Positions 8,528 through 19,818 of a stretch of 64,000 nucleotides of DNA are shown in pieces. This DNA is from Candidatus Micrarchaeota archaeon. GTDB taxonomy: Archaea; Micrarchaeota; Micrarchaeia; Norongarragalinales; UBA8480. Under the pieces are notes generated by a model. It was given only the letters and a program-made list of their open reading frames with translations. It ran no database searches and had not been told where the DNA came from. A program made the translations under genes and the position numbers. Location of the stretch: positions 24,395 to 88,394 of the forward strand of contig JAHFHC010000002.1 of assembly GCA_023247085.1 (NCBI GenBank). The letters are read 5' to 3'. The stretch's first letter is position 1. Each line of letters opens with the position of its first letter.

Positions 8528-11152
8528 ATGATTACTCGCTTGCGGTTGGTGAACTGGAAGAGCCACGAAAACACCGAGCTCCGCTTTTCCCCTGGAACTA
8601 ACTTGCTAATCGGCTCAATGGGTTCAGGCAAAACGAGTTGTCTTGACGCCATTTGCTTTGCTTTTTTTGGATCCTTTCCCTCCCTCAAAAGCAGACAAGT
8701 TTCCTTACTAGAAGTAGTAATGTCCAGGCCAACCAAAAAGCCAAACGCATTAGTTGAAGTTGAATTCACTGCAAACAACAAAACGTACTTAGTTACGCGT
8801 CTAGTTAATCCAAAAGGAACAGAAGCGTTTCTACGCTGTGAAGGGGCATTAATGGAAGGGCCACAGCCAATTCGAACAACTGAAGCTGTTTCTCGCATTT
8901 TGAAAGTAGACTATGATGTGTTTACTCGTGTGATTTACGGCGAACAAAATAAACTAGACTATTTTTTAACTTTGCAAAGAGGCCAACGCAAAATACAAAT
9001 AGATGAATTACTTGGTATTTCATTGTTTGAAACCGTGCGTCAAAATTGCACTTCGATGATTTCAAAACTAAAAGTTGAAAAAACTAGTTTAGAAAACTTT
9101 CTCAACAGCGTAAACGCACCAGCACTTGAAACTGAAATAACCACATTGCGTTCATCGCTTTCAATTGCAATTAACAACAAAAACGAGCTAGAGAAAAACC
9201 TATTCCTGCTAACAAATGAATTTGAACTAGTTAAAAAGAACCTCGAGTCACTAGAAGAATTGAAAAAAATAAACGAAGAACTCAAAACCCAGCTTGTAAC
9301 TGCTAATGCAGAGGCAAATTCACTTCACACTAGCGCCGTTTCAGTTATGCCTGCTTCACTTGCCTCACTTACACGTGAACAATGCACTTCGCTTCTAGAG
9401 CAATGCGCCCGTGCTTTACAAGAGCGGTTTGACTTAGAACGCCAAATTACTGAATTATCTTCTTCTGCCCAACGTTTTGAAGGCGAAGCCAAAGCCCTGC
9501 TAAACGTAATCGAACAGTTTCCACCAGAAAAACTAAAAGCAGAAATAACTGATTTGTCACGCATATCTGCAGAGTTTCAACTAGCATTACAAGAGTTCAT
9601 TGAACTAGGCAAAAAAGAAAGCGCGATATCCGTACAGTTGAAAAACTTTGAATCTGAAATCAAACAAATTGAAATCAGTTTGCTAAAGTCACGCCAGCTT
9701 TTATTACCCGTTGAAGAAATTAAAAAGAGCTTCGCTTCACTTGAACAACTTGAAGAAAAAATAAGCCAATGCCGTCAAGGGGTTACCCAGTTTGAACGCT
9801 TAGTTGCAACAAAACTAGAAGTTGCAGCTACACTAGAAAAGTCGCTTTTCTTACTTCAACGCGAATACGCTTCTTGCCCAACTTGCGACCAATCAATTAC
9901 AAGCGAAAAAAAAGAGTCGCTAATTCACCAAAAGACAAACGCACTGCAAAATGAAAAAGCAGAATACGCAATTGCAGTTGAAAAATTAGGGTTATTCCAA
10001 CGCGAGTCAAATAAGTTTGATTCAATGCGCGCAAAGTGGGTTGAATCCATTCCAATTGAAGCTAAAATAGCAGAATTACAAGCACGAAGCAATGCGGTTC
10101 AAACCGACTTAACAAATTCACACCAAGAGCTTGAAGCCCTTCGTGCGCTTTCTGCTGTAAGCAAAGCGCGTGTTGATGCATTGCGCATAAAAGCAGATAA
10201 GCTCGAGTCAACCAAACAAAATTTAACTCAGTCTGAAAAAAGTTTAGAAAAACTTGAAGGCGTTAGAAAAGAAATAGCGATTTTTGGAAATGAAATGGCG
10301 AAAAAGCAACTTGCTCTTAGCTCATTTGAAGATAAACGAAAACTAGAGTTAAAGCTTGAAGAAACTCGATCGGCATTAAAAGCATTTGAATTATTTGAAA
10401 AAACCGAATTACTTCATAAAAAGTCAAAAGAATTATCCGCTAAATTGTCTAATTTACAGTTTCAAGAAGGTGAACTCATCACGCTACGCGCTACACATTC
10501 TAGCTTGTTTTCAAAACTCGAATCAATCCGCACGTCACTTGGCCACATTTCAACTGAAGTGAAAGAAAAAACTGAGTTAGTTGCAAAATTAGACGCACAA
10601 TACAGCAAATTAGTGCAAATAAAAAAGAACTGCAGCGAATTAGACAATGGCATACACAATTCTACAATTTTTCAAAATAGTTTATTGGAGACACAAGCTG
10701 AATTACGCGGTGAGCTTATAAGCGCCGTTAATGAAGCAATGCACGAAGTGTGGCAAAACGTCTACCCGTATAAAGATTATTCGTCGTGTAGAGTGTTACC
10801 AACTGAAGATGATTATGCACTTGAAGTGCTTTCTATGGACGGCTGGAAGCCAATTGAACAATGCAGTGGAGGAGAAAAAACTTGTGCTGCTCTTTCATTG
10901 CGTGTTTCACTTGCTATGATACTTGTGCCTAACTTATCGTGGCTAGTTTTAGATGAGCCAACACATAACCTAGACGCGCAAGGCGTTAATTTACTAGCAA
11001 GGGCTTTGCATGATTCTCTACCAACAATAGTAAGACAAACATTTGTAGTAACCCACGACGAAGCACTAAAAGAAGGCGCAAGCGGCGCAGTACACTTCTT
11101 CAACAGAAACAAAGACTTAGGAGAAGCAACGTTGGTTGAAACACTAGCTTAA
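8528..11152 (+). CDS. rad50: Rad50 ATPase (SMC-like DNA double-strand-break repair)
   Basis: 874 aa. N-terminal Walker A (GSMGSGKTS), long coiled coil with a central zinc-hook CPTC, and C-terminal signature/Walker B (LVLDEPTHNLD). Confidence 0.8.
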   Translation: MITRLRLVNWKSHENTELRFSPGTNLLIGSMGSGKTSCLDAICFAFFGSFPSLKSRQVSLLEVVMSRPTKKPNALVEVEFTANNKTYLVTRLVNPKGTEAFLRCEGALMEGPQPIRTTEAVSRILKVDYDVFTRVIYGEQNKLDYFLTLQRGQRKIQIDELLGISLFETVRQNCTSMISKLKVEKTSLENFLNSVNAPALETEITTLRSSLSIAINNKNELEKNLFLLTNEFELVKKNLESLEELKKINEELKTQLVTANAEANSLHTSAVSVMPASLASLTREQCTSLLEQCARALQERFDLERQITELSSSAQRFEGEAKALLNVIEQFPPEKLKAEITDLSRISAEFQLALQEFIELGKKESAISVQLKNFESEIKQIEISLLKSRQLLLPVEEIKKSFASLEQLEEKISQCRQGVTQFERLVATKLEVAATLEKSLFLLQREYASCPTCDQSITSEKKESLIHQKTNALQNEKAEYAIAVEKLGLFQRESNKFDSMRAKWVESIPIEAKIAELQARSNAVQTDLTNSHQELEALRALSAVSKARVDALRIKADKLESTKQNLTQSEKSLEKLEGVRKEIAIFGNEMAKKQLALSSFEDKRKLELKLEETRSALKAFELFEKTELLHKKSKELSAKLSNLQFQEGELITLRATHSSLFSKLESIRTSLGHISTEVKEKTELVAKLDAQYSKLVQIKKNCSELDNGIHNSTIFQNSLLETQAELRGELISAVNEAMHEVWQNVYPYKDYSSCRVLPTEDDYALEVLSMDGWKPIEQCSGGEKTCAALSLRVSLAMILVPNLSWLVLDEPTHNLDAQGVNLLARALHDSLPTIVRQTFVVTHDEALKEGASGAVHFFNRNKDLGEATLVETLA

Positions 11153-11472
11153 GCTCTTGCCTTGATTTTTACCGTTTGTTTTTCAGCAGCACTTTCTCCA
11201 AGCAGTAACTCAAGTTCAATTAATTTTTTCACAACTGGGGTGGCTTCTTCCAATTTGTATAGTTTTGTTTTGCCGAACCGACGTGTTTCTTTCACTATGC
11301 CGAGCTTTTCTATTTTCTTCCAGTTGTTGAACAACGTCACTCGACCAATTCCGCTTCCCTCTGCAATTTGCTGTTTTGAATAATCAAACAGCCTATTCTC
11401 CAATAAAAAATCTACAATTAAGATAACCGGCGTCCTGCCAAAATGTTCCACAAGCACAGATTCATCTTTCAT
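11149..11472 (-). CDS. Winged-helix DNA-binding protein, putative transcriptional regulator
   Basis: 107 aa. IAEGSGIGRVTLFNNWKKIEKLGIV fits a wHTH recognition helix and wing. Confidence 0.4.
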   Translation of the reverse strand: MKDESVLVEHFGRTPVILIVDFLLENRLFDYSKQQIAEGSGIGRVTLFNNWKKIEKLGIVKETRRFGKTKLYKLEEATPVVKKLIELELLLGESAAEKQTVKIKARA

Positions 11473-11596
11473 ATTTGTTCAACGTTTACTAAAATGAACG
11501 TTCAACATATATTAGCTTTGTGGTTCGCGCCGCGTTTGCCTTTTTGTCAATTTTTTTGGCAGGTAAGTTGTTAAATCCTGCTAAATAAATTCCAAA

Positions 11597-11869
11597 ATGT
11601 GTTTTGACCTCAACTTGATAAAAGCGGATATTTTGCACAAGCTGTTCCGTAAGCGAAAGTGGGGTGCGTCGCACACTTCAGTTGACAATCTTCACAAGAG
11701 TTGTCCTTCTCACTTGAAAGGCGAATACAAAGAAGTGGCGCAGCAGCTCATTAGAGAAGGTTTCATTTTATCCAAGCCAACTGGATACGGGCAAGAAGTG
11801 TCACTTAACCCGTTAAAACGCGAAGAAATAATTGCAATCATACGAATTTTTTTTGAAGATTCACTTTAA
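11597..11869 (+). CDS. hypothetical protein (weak call)
   Basis: 90-aa ORF in an otherwise intergenic gap; no motifs. Confidence 0.2.
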   Translation: MCFDLNLIKADILHKLFRKRKWGASHTSVDNLHKSCPSHLKGEYKEVAQQLIREGFILSKPTGYGQEVSLNPLKREEIIAIIRIFFEDSL

Positions 11870-11922
11870 GCTCATGAAAATGTAGCTCTAGTATTTTCGG
11901 CCGTTTTGAAGTGGTTGATTTA

Positions 11923-12777
11923 TCATCTCTTATAACTTGCCGATGGGTTTTGCCAGTAGTCCTTAGTTCTAATTTTATAAAAGCGGCTTAGATCAACTTT
12001 AGTATCGGAACTGCGTTCTAGTATAAGAAAGTAATTTCCGTCAATTGTTGTTTTACCCCTTCCAAGAGCTAGCCTTATTTCTTTAGGCCACCCTATTACC
12101 GTACGCGCTCTCTTTTTTCTAAATTTAATTCCGTTTCTTTCAAGATAATCTTTTACGTGTCTCTCGTGTTTTCCAAGAAAATAGCCTGGCACATGGAGAA
12201 TGGCTTTGCCACCTCTTGCAAGACCATTTGCAATTACTTCCAACGCTTTTGCCTTATCAATTACATAACGCATTGTTTGAAATGCAAAAATTAAGTCTTG
12301 ATCTCTTAACTCAAGCCCTTCAATAATACCAGTTCTTACTTTCACCGTGGGAACGTTTCCCATAATCATTCCAGCTAATGATCCGAAAGTATTTTGTGGT
12401 TGTAGAACGACTGGACCATCCACATCATGTTTTCCAGCGGCGTGGTCAGCTGCACTTTGCGTTAAAGTAATACCATCTAGATTTGCGATTCCGCCTTTAA
12501 AAATTCCCAAAGTTCTTAGCGCGTATCCCCTGCCGCACCCAACTTCAAATACGTTGACTTTTCCCTTCTTACGTTCATACGCTGCATCTACTTCTTTTCT
12601 CAAGTCCATTCCTTTTGGCGGCTGCAAAACAATACTCCTCGTCATATTCCAAGGAGTCTTGCTTTCTTCAATATCTATGTAACTCCTGAGCTTTGCAGCT
12701 ATTTCTCTATGTTCAACAGACTCCGGCTCAACGTGGGGAAAAGCTTTCCTTATCCACTTATGTTCAATCGGCTCCAT
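11923..12777 (-). CDS. Class I SAM-dependent methyltransferase
   Basis: 284 aa. Motif I VFEVGCGRGYAL (GxGxG) with a downstream acidic motif. Confidence 0.6.
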   Translation of the reverse strand: MEPIEHKWIRKAFPHVEPESVEHREIAAKLRSYIDIEESKTPWNMTRSIVLQPPKGMDLRKEVDAAYERKKGKVNVFEVGCGRGYALRTLGIFKGGIANLDGITLTQSAADHAAGKHDVDGPVVLQPQNTFGSLAGMIMGNVPTVKVRTGIIEGLELRDQDLIFAFQTMRYVIDKAKALEVIANGLARGGKAILHVPGYFLGKHERHVKDYLERNGIKFRKKRARTVIGWPKEIRLALGRGKTTIDGNYFLILERSSDTKVDLSRFYKIRTKDYWQNPSASYKR

Positions 12778-12780
12778 TTT

Positions 12781-13314
12781 TTACTTTAGCCTCATGTAAA
12801 CATGGCTCCAGTATTTTCCACGCACTTTTGACCAATTCGGCAGAGTAGCTACATTTTGAAATCCAACTTTTTCGTACAACGCTCGTGCTGGTTTGTTTCC
12901 CGAGAATACAGTTAAGTAAATTATCCTTGGGTGAAGCTTCCTTTTTGCTAATTTAATTAGCTCAACAAGTAGCTTCTTGCCCAGACCTTTTCCACGATAT
13001 TGCCTAGCAATTGAAATTCCGACCATTGCATTGACCCGATCAACGCCCCGTTGCCTAATTGCATCACAAACGCCAATTATTTCTTTGCCTCTCCAAGCAA
13101 CTAGCTTAACCATTTCCCCCTTTAGTATTTTTTCGCGTTTGCCCTTTAGCCACACTTCCTCTTCCTTCATTGAAGGCACCTTATCAACGAGAATAAATGG
13201 TTGCGGTTTCTCTTTAACTATTTTTTCAAAGAAGTCACGAAACTGCTTTGCAGTGGCTTTGCTATCAAGTTCCCTTATCTCAACTTCTTCACCGTTCTTC
13301 AAAACGAACTTCAT
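12781..13314 (-). CDS. GNAT-family N-acetyltransferase
   Basis: 177 aa. Acetyl-CoA binding motif A RQYRGKGLGKKLLVELIKLA. Confidence 0.7.
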   Translation of the reverse strand: MKFVLKNGEEVEIRELDSKATAKQFRDFFEKIVKEKPQPFILVDKVPSMKEEEVWLKGKREKILKGEMVKLVAWRGKEIIGVCDAIRQRGVDRVNAMVGISIARQYRGKGLGKKLLVELIKLAKRKLHPRIIYLTVFSGNKPARALYEKVGFQNVATLPNWSKVRGKYWSHVYMRLK

Positions 13315-14766
13315 CTAGTATTGCCTCGCTATGTAAACTTGTGCGCCTGTTTTACCACAAACGCAGCATTTTCCGCTCACTTTTTTTTCTCCAACTAGTT
13401 CGCCGCGTACTTTGCCGCCTTTTGTAAATGCTTGTAATTCCTGGCTGCATTTCACGCCTTCTTTTTCAGTGGAACAAATGAACGTCTTTGCATAGCACTT
13501 TGCGTCAAGTGCTTTTCCAACTTCTTCTTTTGTCTTTGCTGTTTTCACTTTATCTTCGAGGTCATCTTGTGCTTTTTTCAGTAAATCTTTATCTAGCTTC
13601 GCGCCTGTTTCTTTTACATTGCCAGCCATTTCGCTGAATTTGCAAGTGGTTTTATCTCGGTTATCTCTTCTGACAATCGTTGCTGTTTTTTCTTTTGCTT
13701 CCCTTGCGCCAATTTCAATGCGTAATGGAACCCCTTTGAGTTCCCAGAAATTGTACTTGTAGCCCGGAGTTTTTGTTGAATCGTCAACTTTACACTCTAC
13801 TCCATTTGCTTCAAGCTCTTCTTTTATTTCCATGCAGTATTTTTCAATGTTCTTCTCTTCGCCTGTCTTTGGAATTGGTATGATTATTGTTTGTAGCGGA
13901 GCAAGTGCGAATGGAAATACTAATCCCTTGTTGTCGCCGTGCGTTGCAATTAGGGCTGCCATCATTCTCCATATTCCTGGCCCAAAGCAAGTCGAGTGTG
14001 GCGAGTGTTCTTTTCCATTTTCGTCATTGTACTTAACGTTGAACGCCTTTGTGAAATTAGCACCAAGGTAATGCGTAGTTGCAAATTGGAGTGTTTTTCC
14101 ATCTGGTAGCATTATGTCAGTTGCATAAGTTTCTACTGCACCTGCAAACTTGTCCCATTGTGGGCGCTTGAAAAAGTAAAATGGTAAACACATAACTTCA
14201 GCGCATTTTTCAAGTATTTTTTTATCTTCTTCAACTTGTGCTCTTGCCTCTTTTTCGTTGGCAAATACGTTGTGAGTTTCAATCCACATGAATTCACAGC
14301 CACGCATAAAGGGGTTAGTTTCGCTTTCATTGCGAAAAACTGTGCATGATTGATAGTACTTTATAGGCAAGTCAGAGTGACTTTTTACCCACAAGTTGTA
14401 CATTTGGTAAAATGCAGTTTCACTTGTTGGCCGAAGCGCTAGCCTTCGAGCCATGTCATGTTCTCCTTGTTTTGTTATCCAGTAAACTTCTGGAGTAAAC
14501 CCTTCAGCGTGTTCTTTTTCAACTTCAAAATTATCTTCAGGGATAACTGTTGGAAAAGAAACTGGCTCGTGCCCATATTTTTCCAATTCAGTTTCAAATA
14601 ACTTATAGAGCTTTTTGAAAACCTTCATTGACCACGGCTTATGTACGACAAAGCCTTGCACGTTATAGCGAATGTCTGCCAAGTCTGCGGCGTAGATAAT
14701 TGTGTTATACCAGCTGGAAAAGTCATTTTCTTTATCTTTGTTAAATTCACGTGAACTCATTTGCAT
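13315..14766 (-). CDS. proS: Prolyl-tRNA synthetase (archaeal/eukaryotic type)
   Basis: 483 aa. Class II motifs (FRNE, YYQSCTVFRNE), anticodon-binding region, and a C-terminal zinc-binding tail ending CCVCGKTGAQVYIARQY. Confidence 0.85.
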   Translation of the reverse strand: MQMSSREFNKDKENDFSSWYNTIIYAADLADIRYNVQGFVVHKPWSMKVFKKLYKLFETELEKYGHEPVSFPTVIPEDNFEVEKEHAEGFTPEVYWITKQGEHDMARRLALRPTSETAFYQMYNLWVKSHSDLPIKYYQSCTVFRNESETNPFMRGCEFMWIETHNVFANEKEARAQVEEDKKILEKCAEVMCLPFYFFKRPQWDKFAGAVETYATDIMLPDGKTLQFATTHYLGANFTKAFNVKYNDENGKEHSPHSTCFGPGIWRMMAALIATHGDNKGLVFPFALAPLQTIIIPIPKTGEEKNIEKYCMEIKEELEANGVECKVDDSTKTPGYKYNFWELKGVPLRIEIGAREAKEKTATIVRRDNRDKTTCKFSEMAGNVKETGAKLDKDLLKKAQDDLEDKVKTAKTKEEVGKALDAKCYAKTFICSTEKEGVKCSQELQAFTKGGKVRGELVGEKKVSGKCCVCGKTGAQVYIARQY

Positions 14767-14831
14767 AGTTTATGCTCGTCCTCCTTTTGTTCTTTTATTT
14801 TACTGTACTTTTCTTGGAAATCTGATACGTT

Positions 14832-16241
14832 TTAAATCCACTCTTCTTTTACCAACAAGTATTTAGCCAGTACATTGAGATTGGTTTTACTTACTTTTTT
14901 CACAAGCGATACCTTAGCGCTTTTAGCAGGTACGATAAAATGCGAAGCAATGCCCGTTTTTTCCATTCTCAATAGCTGCTCAGTTATTTTGATAAGTTCA
15001 ATTTCATGTTGTTCAACGTCTATGCACACTTTTTCTCCGTTTAAGTATGGCCCTCGGCTTATTTTTTTACCTTTCAAAAAGCCCACAACGTTTTCGCTAT
15101 GCCAAGCTGGTGGCCCAACGAGTTGCTTTACTTTCGGTAGCTCACTTGACGTAACTTCAAATAACAATTGCCCAGTTGAATAAGAGTCACAGCTTCCAAA
15201 TAAGTGAAAGCCACTTGCTTCTAGTTGCTTGAAAATGTTTTTTTCAGTTCGCTTAAACTGGGGGAATAAAATGTCGTCAACTACATCTGGTTTTTTTAGT
15301 TCAATTAACAAAAACGTTGTGCCGCGTTTAGAGATTATTTTATTCAATATCTTCGCTTTACTTTGACTTGCTAATTGGCTTTTTTCTTTAAAGAAAGCTT
15401 CGCTTGGTTTTTTTACAAACGCTTTTGCTAACAAAATGAACTTTGCTAAACTCTGTGAAGAAATTGCAGCTGCCGCGTTTCTATTGCGGTCAATCACATC
15501 GATTAGTATAATTGACGCATCTTTGAAGCGGTGTAGTAGTTCAACTTTGCCTTGCTTTGTTTCAGAATTCCACGTGCCTTCGTAATCAACTATTATTGGA
15601 GGTAGCCAAATTGCTGCTTCGCGTAGTAAGTTCTCTAAGTCGCCGTACTTTAGCATTAGTTGCTCGCACACTAGGCCAGAGAAGCCGCCGATTTCCACTT
15701 CTGCGCCGTAAATTTGGTTTGTTTTTAAGAGTTTTTTCAAAACCCTGACATCGCGACGCTGGCGTTGCGTTAATTTTTTTTGTAAATAATCCATGTGCAA
15801 TGGCGAGCGGTCAACTGCGCTTTTAATTCCAGTGTTAGGTTCAACTTTAAAGCAGGGGATTACTTCAATTTGGAAACCTGCAACGTTTGATTGAAGGTAA
15901 GGGTGTTCAGCATAGTGCGTTTCCCATTTTGTTTTTACTGCTTTTTTTGCTGCATCAAACGTTTTCTTAACAATAACTTCTTCATTCATCTCGCGAGGAA
16001 ATGCCGCAAACAAGTCGATATCTCGATCCCCGCGTAAACCAGTGTCACGCGCTGCGCTGCCTACAAAAGTAACTTCGACTGTTTTTGGCAAGAATTTTTC
16101 TAAATTCGAAATGACTTCGGCTGCGAATTTCTTCTCTTCTTTTAGCTCCGCTGGAGAAGGTGAAACCTCACCAGCTATTTTAGCAAATACGCGCTCCATT
16201 TCCATATAACTAGAAATACTCTGTGGTTGAATAAAAACCAA
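14832..16241 (-). CDS. cca: CCA-adding tRNA nucleotidyltransferase (archaeal class I)
   Basis: 469 aa. Class I polymerase-beta-type motif GSAARDTGLRGDRDIDLF near the N-terminus. Confidence 0.8.
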   Translation of the reverse strand: MVFIQPQSISSYMEMERVFAKIAGEVSPSPAELKEEKKFAAEVISNLEKFLPKTVEVTFVGSAARDTGLRGDRDIDLFAAFPREMNEEVIVKKTFDAAKKAVKTKWETHYAEHPYLQSNVAGFQIEVIPCFKVEPNTGIKSAVDRSPLHMDYLQKKLTQRQRRDVRVLKKLLKTNQIYGAEVEIGGFSGLVCEQLMLKYGDLENLLREAAIWLPPIIVDYEGTWNSETKQGKVELLHRFKDASIILIDVIDRNRNAAAAISSQSLAKFILLAKAFVKKPSEAFFKEKSQLASQSKAKILNKIISKRGTTFLLIELKKPDVVDDILFPQFKRTEKNIFKQLEASGFHLFGSCDSYSTGQLLFEVTSSELPKVKQLVGPPAWHSENVVGFLKGKKISRGPYLNGEKVCIDVEQHEIELIKITEQLLRMEKTGIASHFIVPAKSAKVSLVKKVSKTNLNVLAKYLLVKEEWI

Positions 16242-16285
16242 GGCGATGGGAGCAATCTACTTATATGTTGCGAGATTAATTAAGT

Positions 16286-16780
16286 TTGATTGCTGTGGTT
16301 TTGATTCGCCGTGCTAAAAAGTCAGATAAGCGCCAATTGTTGGGGCTGTCAAGAGAGTTTCACAATTCAACGCGCTTGAATCGCCGCATTGTATCTGCGA
16401 AATTATTTCAATTACTTGCTCGGGATTTCAAACATTATCATAAAGAAAAAATAGCTAAGTACACTAACGCCGACGAAGATAACGCGACTTTTGTAGCTGA
16501 AGAAAACGGAAAGTTGATTGGGTTTATTTATGGCCGAATAGAAGAAGCCCAAAAAAAGAAGTTAAAGCGAATTGGGTACGTTGCAGATTGGTTTGTGCTT
16601 GAAGGATTTAGGCACAAGGGTATCGGAAGGAGATTGTGGGCTCAACTAATAATTTGGTTTAAGTTAAAGAAATGCGATTGCATTGAACTCAAAGTCTATC
16701 CGGACAACGAACCATCAAAGAAAATATACCGAAAGCTAGGCTTAATTGAAAAAGATATTATAATGGGAAAAAAACTCTGA
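16286..16780 (+). CDS. GNAT-family N-acetyltransferase
   Basis: 164 aa. Motif A FRHKGIGRRLWAQLI. Confidence 0.6.
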   Translation: MIAVVLIRRAKKSDKRQLLGLSREFHNSTRLNRRIVSAKLFQLLARDFKHYHKEKIAKYTNADEDNATFVAEENGKLIGFIYGRIEEAQKKKLKRIGYVADWFVLEGFRHKGIGRRLWAQLIIWFKLKKCDCIELKVYPDNEPSKKIYRKLGLIEKDIIMGKKL

Positions 16781-16817
16781 TTGAGCTTTTCTGATTACTT
16801 TACTTTGATTAGGTCTT

Positions 16818-18803
16818 TTACTTTAATTCTATTCTTATTTTTTCAAGCAAGCTTTTCTTTTTGTTTGACGGCGCTAGCGCGTGTTGAAGCACTTGAACTA
16901 TATTCTCAACTGGCACTATTTCAATTGCCTTGAGTTGCTTTGGTGATAGCACGAGGTCTCCATAGTTAGATTTTGGAATTATGATTGTTTTAATTCCCGC
17001 ATTTATCGCTGCCTCTGCTTTTTGCGTTACGCCGCCAATTGGCAGCACTTCTCCTCTTACGCTAAGCGAGCCAGTCATAGCGATGTTTTGCAAAATCGGT
17101 GCTTCTTCCAATGCTGAGATCACTGCAGTTGCAACACTAATGCTTGCACTATCGCCTTCAACTCCCTCGTAAGTTTGCAAGAACTGCACGTGAATATCAT
17201 AAGAAGAAATATCCTTACCAGTGTGCTTTTTGATAATAGCAGAAACGTTTTCAACTGCTTCTTTTGCAATGCTCCCTAGTTTACCCGTTGCAATGATTCT
17301 GCCTTCTTCTTTGCTTGACGATGGCGCAATTTCAGCAACAATTGGCAAAACAATCCCGCTGTCGCCCATTACTGCCAATCCATTTACTTTGCCTATTTGC
17401 TTGCCGTTTATTGTAAATACTTTATAGTCTTTCTTTTGTTCAAGCATTTGGCTAGCTATTTGTTGTTCTAAAGTCTGTGAAAGCTTCTTAGCTAATTCAA
17501 CGTGCGCTAAAGTTGCATATTTCGCTCCTTCTTGTTGCGCGATATCGCCTGCTGCGCGTATAAGCCCGCCTAATTCGCGCAATTTCAATGTTAATTTTCC
17601 TTTTCGTCCACTTCGCTTTCGTGCTTCGTTTATGATTTCCATAACTGCTTCGCGTTCAAAGTGAGGAATTTTGCCGTCTTTTTTCACTTCTTGCGCAATG
17701 AATTTACAAATCTTCATCCTGTTCTCTTTTGTATCTTGAATACTTTCATCCATGTAAACTTCATAGCCATACCCTCGTATGCGTGAACGCAATGCAGGAT
17801 GCATGTACTTGATGTCGCTGTAATTCCCAGCGGCGATTAATACGAAATCACATGGCACAGCTTGTGTTTTTACTAATGCGCCAGAACTCATTTCGCTTTG
17901 GCCAGTGATTGAATATTTCTTTTCTTGCATAGCTGTTAATAGTTCTTGTTGGCTACGCGCTTTGATTGTTGCAACTTCGTCAACAAACAACACTCCTTTG
18001 TTAGCTCTATGTATTGCTCCAGCTTCAATTCGAAGATGCGCCGGCGTGCCCAATCCTCCCGACTGCAAGGGATCGTGCCTGCAGTCCCCAAGTAGTGCTC
18101 CTGCTCGTGCGCCTGTTGCGTCGACGAACGGTGCTTTTTTCTTGTCGTGGTTATCAACAAGGAGTTTCATTTGCTCGTGTTCCATTCCGGGCATTAGCTT
18201 ACCTTTACCTATTTGCGTTGCAAATGTCAACATCGCGGACATTACAAAGAGTCCAATTAGCAACGCTGCGGTGATTATGTCCCCCAAATGCGGGCGAGCG
18301 TAGAATAATAGGAGGAAAGAAACGAGGATGACAACTGCCATTACTATTAGGTTTACATTGCTGCCTGACATGCGTGCTTTCATTCTGTTCGCTTGAAGCA
18401 TTTTTCGGCCTTCGCCGGCTTTTACTACTTTGATAACTGGGGCATTTTCATCTTCAGAATTTTGGTAAACAAGTATATCTTCAAGAGCTTCAACTGGCAG
18501 CAATTCCGCCATTGCTTGAGCTAACATTGACTTGCCAGTTCCAGGTGAGCCAATTAGTAATACGTTGCGTTTTTGGCTAGAAGCTTTTTTGATTATATTC
18601 ACTGCCCTTTCCTGGCCAATGATTTGGTCAATAACCTTATCCGAAACAGGGATATCCGCAGTAGAATCGAACTTGTCAAAGTCAACTGAATCCGTAGCTT
18701 GAGTTTCTTTAGAAACCTTGCGCGCTTTAGACTTCTTAGTATTCACTTCTTTGATATTCGCTTCTTCGGTACCGTCAGTATCTTGATTATTTTCTGTTGC
18801 CAT
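16818..18803 (-). CDS. lonB: Archaeal membrane-bound Lon protease (LonB)
   Basis: AAA+ Walker [10 protein letters not shown]; two TM helices inserted in the ATPase domain ([17 protein letters not shown]...[12 protein letters not shown]); C-terminal Ser-Lys protease domain. Start placed at the MATENNQ Met (18803) rather than the longer ORF-track start, which would overlap rnz. Confidence 0.8.
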   Translation of the reverse strand: MATENNQDTDGTEEANIKEVNTKKSKARKVSKETQATDSVDFDKFDSTADIPVSDKVIDQIIGQERAVNIIKKASSQKRNVLLIGSPGTGKSMLAQAMAELLPVEALEDILVYQNSEDENAPVIKVVKAGEGRKMLQANRMKARMSGSNVNLIVMAVVILVSFLLLFYARPHLGDIITAALLIGLFVMSAMLTFATQIGKGKLMPGMEHEQMKLLVDNHDKKKAPFVDATGARAGALLGDCRHDPLQSGGLGTPAHLRIEAGAIHRANKGVLFVDEVATIKARSQQELLTAMQEKKYSITGQSEMSSGALVKTQAVPCDFVLIAAGNYSDIKYMHPALRSRIRGYGYEVYMDESIQDTKENRMKICKFIAQEVKKDGKIPHFEREAVMEIINEARKRSGRKGKLTLKLRELGGLIRAAGDIAQQEGAKYATLAHVELAKKLSQTLEQQIASQMLEQKKDYKVFTINGKQIGKVNGLAVMGDSGIVLPIVAEIAPSSSKEEGRIIATGKLGSIAKEAVENVSAIIKKHTGKDISSYDIHVQFLQTYEGVEGDSASISVATAVISALEEAPILQNIAMTGSLSVRGEVLPIGGVTQKAEAAINAGIKTIIIPKSNYGDLVLSPKQLKAIEIVPVENIVQVLQHALAPSNKKKSLLEKIRIELK

Positions 18804-18846
18804 ATTGTATATAGCTTTATCAATTTCCTTGTTTAATATTCTTAAC

Positions 18847-19743
18847 ATGATTCGAATAATTGCACTTGGAACAAGCGGGAGCATGCCAACTCCAAAATCT
18901 CCCCCTAGTTGCTTTGCGGTGAAATGGGGCGGCGTTTACTTATTTGACTGCTGCGAAGGCGGGCAACGTCAAATGATGAAGTACAACGTAAGTTTCGCTG
19001 GAATTGACGCCATCTTTCTATCTCACTTACATGCCGATCATTTTGTTGGCATATTTGGCTTATTACACTCAATGAATTTCACTGGCCGTACAAATGCACT
19101 GAAGTTATTCGGACCACGTGGCACAAAAAAACTCTTTTCCTCTATTTTTGCATTGAAAGAATTCACAATGCGATTTCCAATTGAAATACTTGAAGTTGAA
19201 GCATCCAAAAAACCTTTTTTCCAAACTGATTTATTTTCCGTCAAAGCGTTCGACGTAAAGCACAACGCTCCACATTCTCTTGGCTATGTTTTACAAGGGC
19301 TACCTTATCGCCGGTTTGACATGGAAAAATGTAAAAAAGTTGGCGTGCAAGGAAAGGATTTTTCGATATTGCAAGAAAAAGGTGAAGTTATGGCGAACGG
19401 CAAAAAAGTCAAGTATGCAGATGTAACTTACGTACAAGATGGGAAAAAAATCGTTTACACCGGCGACACTGCGCCGTGTAGTTCAATTGCAACAAATGCC
19501 AAAAATGCAGATTTACTTATACACGATGCATGCTTCTTAGAAAAACATAAGGCACACGCCAAACAAAAACTACACTCGACGTGTCTAGATGCTGGGAAAA
19601 ATGCGAAAAAAGCCAAAGTGAAAAAATTACTACTCACGCACTTTTCAAACCGTTACGATGACCAAACCGAATTACTTAAAGAATCCAAAACCGTTTTCGA
19701 AAACAGCGAATTAGCCCAACCCGGATTAGAGATTATGATTTAA
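18847..19743 (+). CDS. rnz: Ribonuclease Z (tRNA 3'-processing endonuclease), MBL fold
   Basis: [16 protein letters not shown] (HxHxDH) metallo-beta-lactamase motif; N-terminus [11 protein letters not shown] typical of RNase Z. Start placed at the internal Met of the listed ORF. Confidence 0.7.
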   Translation: MIRIIALGTSGSMPTPKSPPSCFAVKWGGVYLFDCCEGGQRQMMKYNVSFAGIDAIFLSHLHADHFVGIFGLLHSMNFTGRTNALKLFGPRGTKKLFSSIFALKEFTMRFPIEILEVEASKKPFFQTDLFSVKAFDVKHNAPHSLGYVLQGLPYRRFDMEKCKKVGVQGKDFSILQEKGEVMANGKKVKYADVTYVQDGKKIVYTGDTAPCSSIATNAKNADLLIHDACFLEKHKAHAKQKLHSTCLDAGKNAKKAKVKKLLLTHFSNRYDDQTELLKESKTVFENSELAQPGLEIMI

Positions 19744-19818
19744 GTATAATCCCTCCTCGCGACAAAGTTTAAGTTCGCCTTTTACCTATAACTCTTCGCT
19801 AATTGGCGATGATTTGAT

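Noticed and set aside
8119-8601. 160-aa plus-strand ORF
   Set aside because: Antisense to vapB and its upstream region; low-complexity Ser/Phe-rich translation; shadow ORF.
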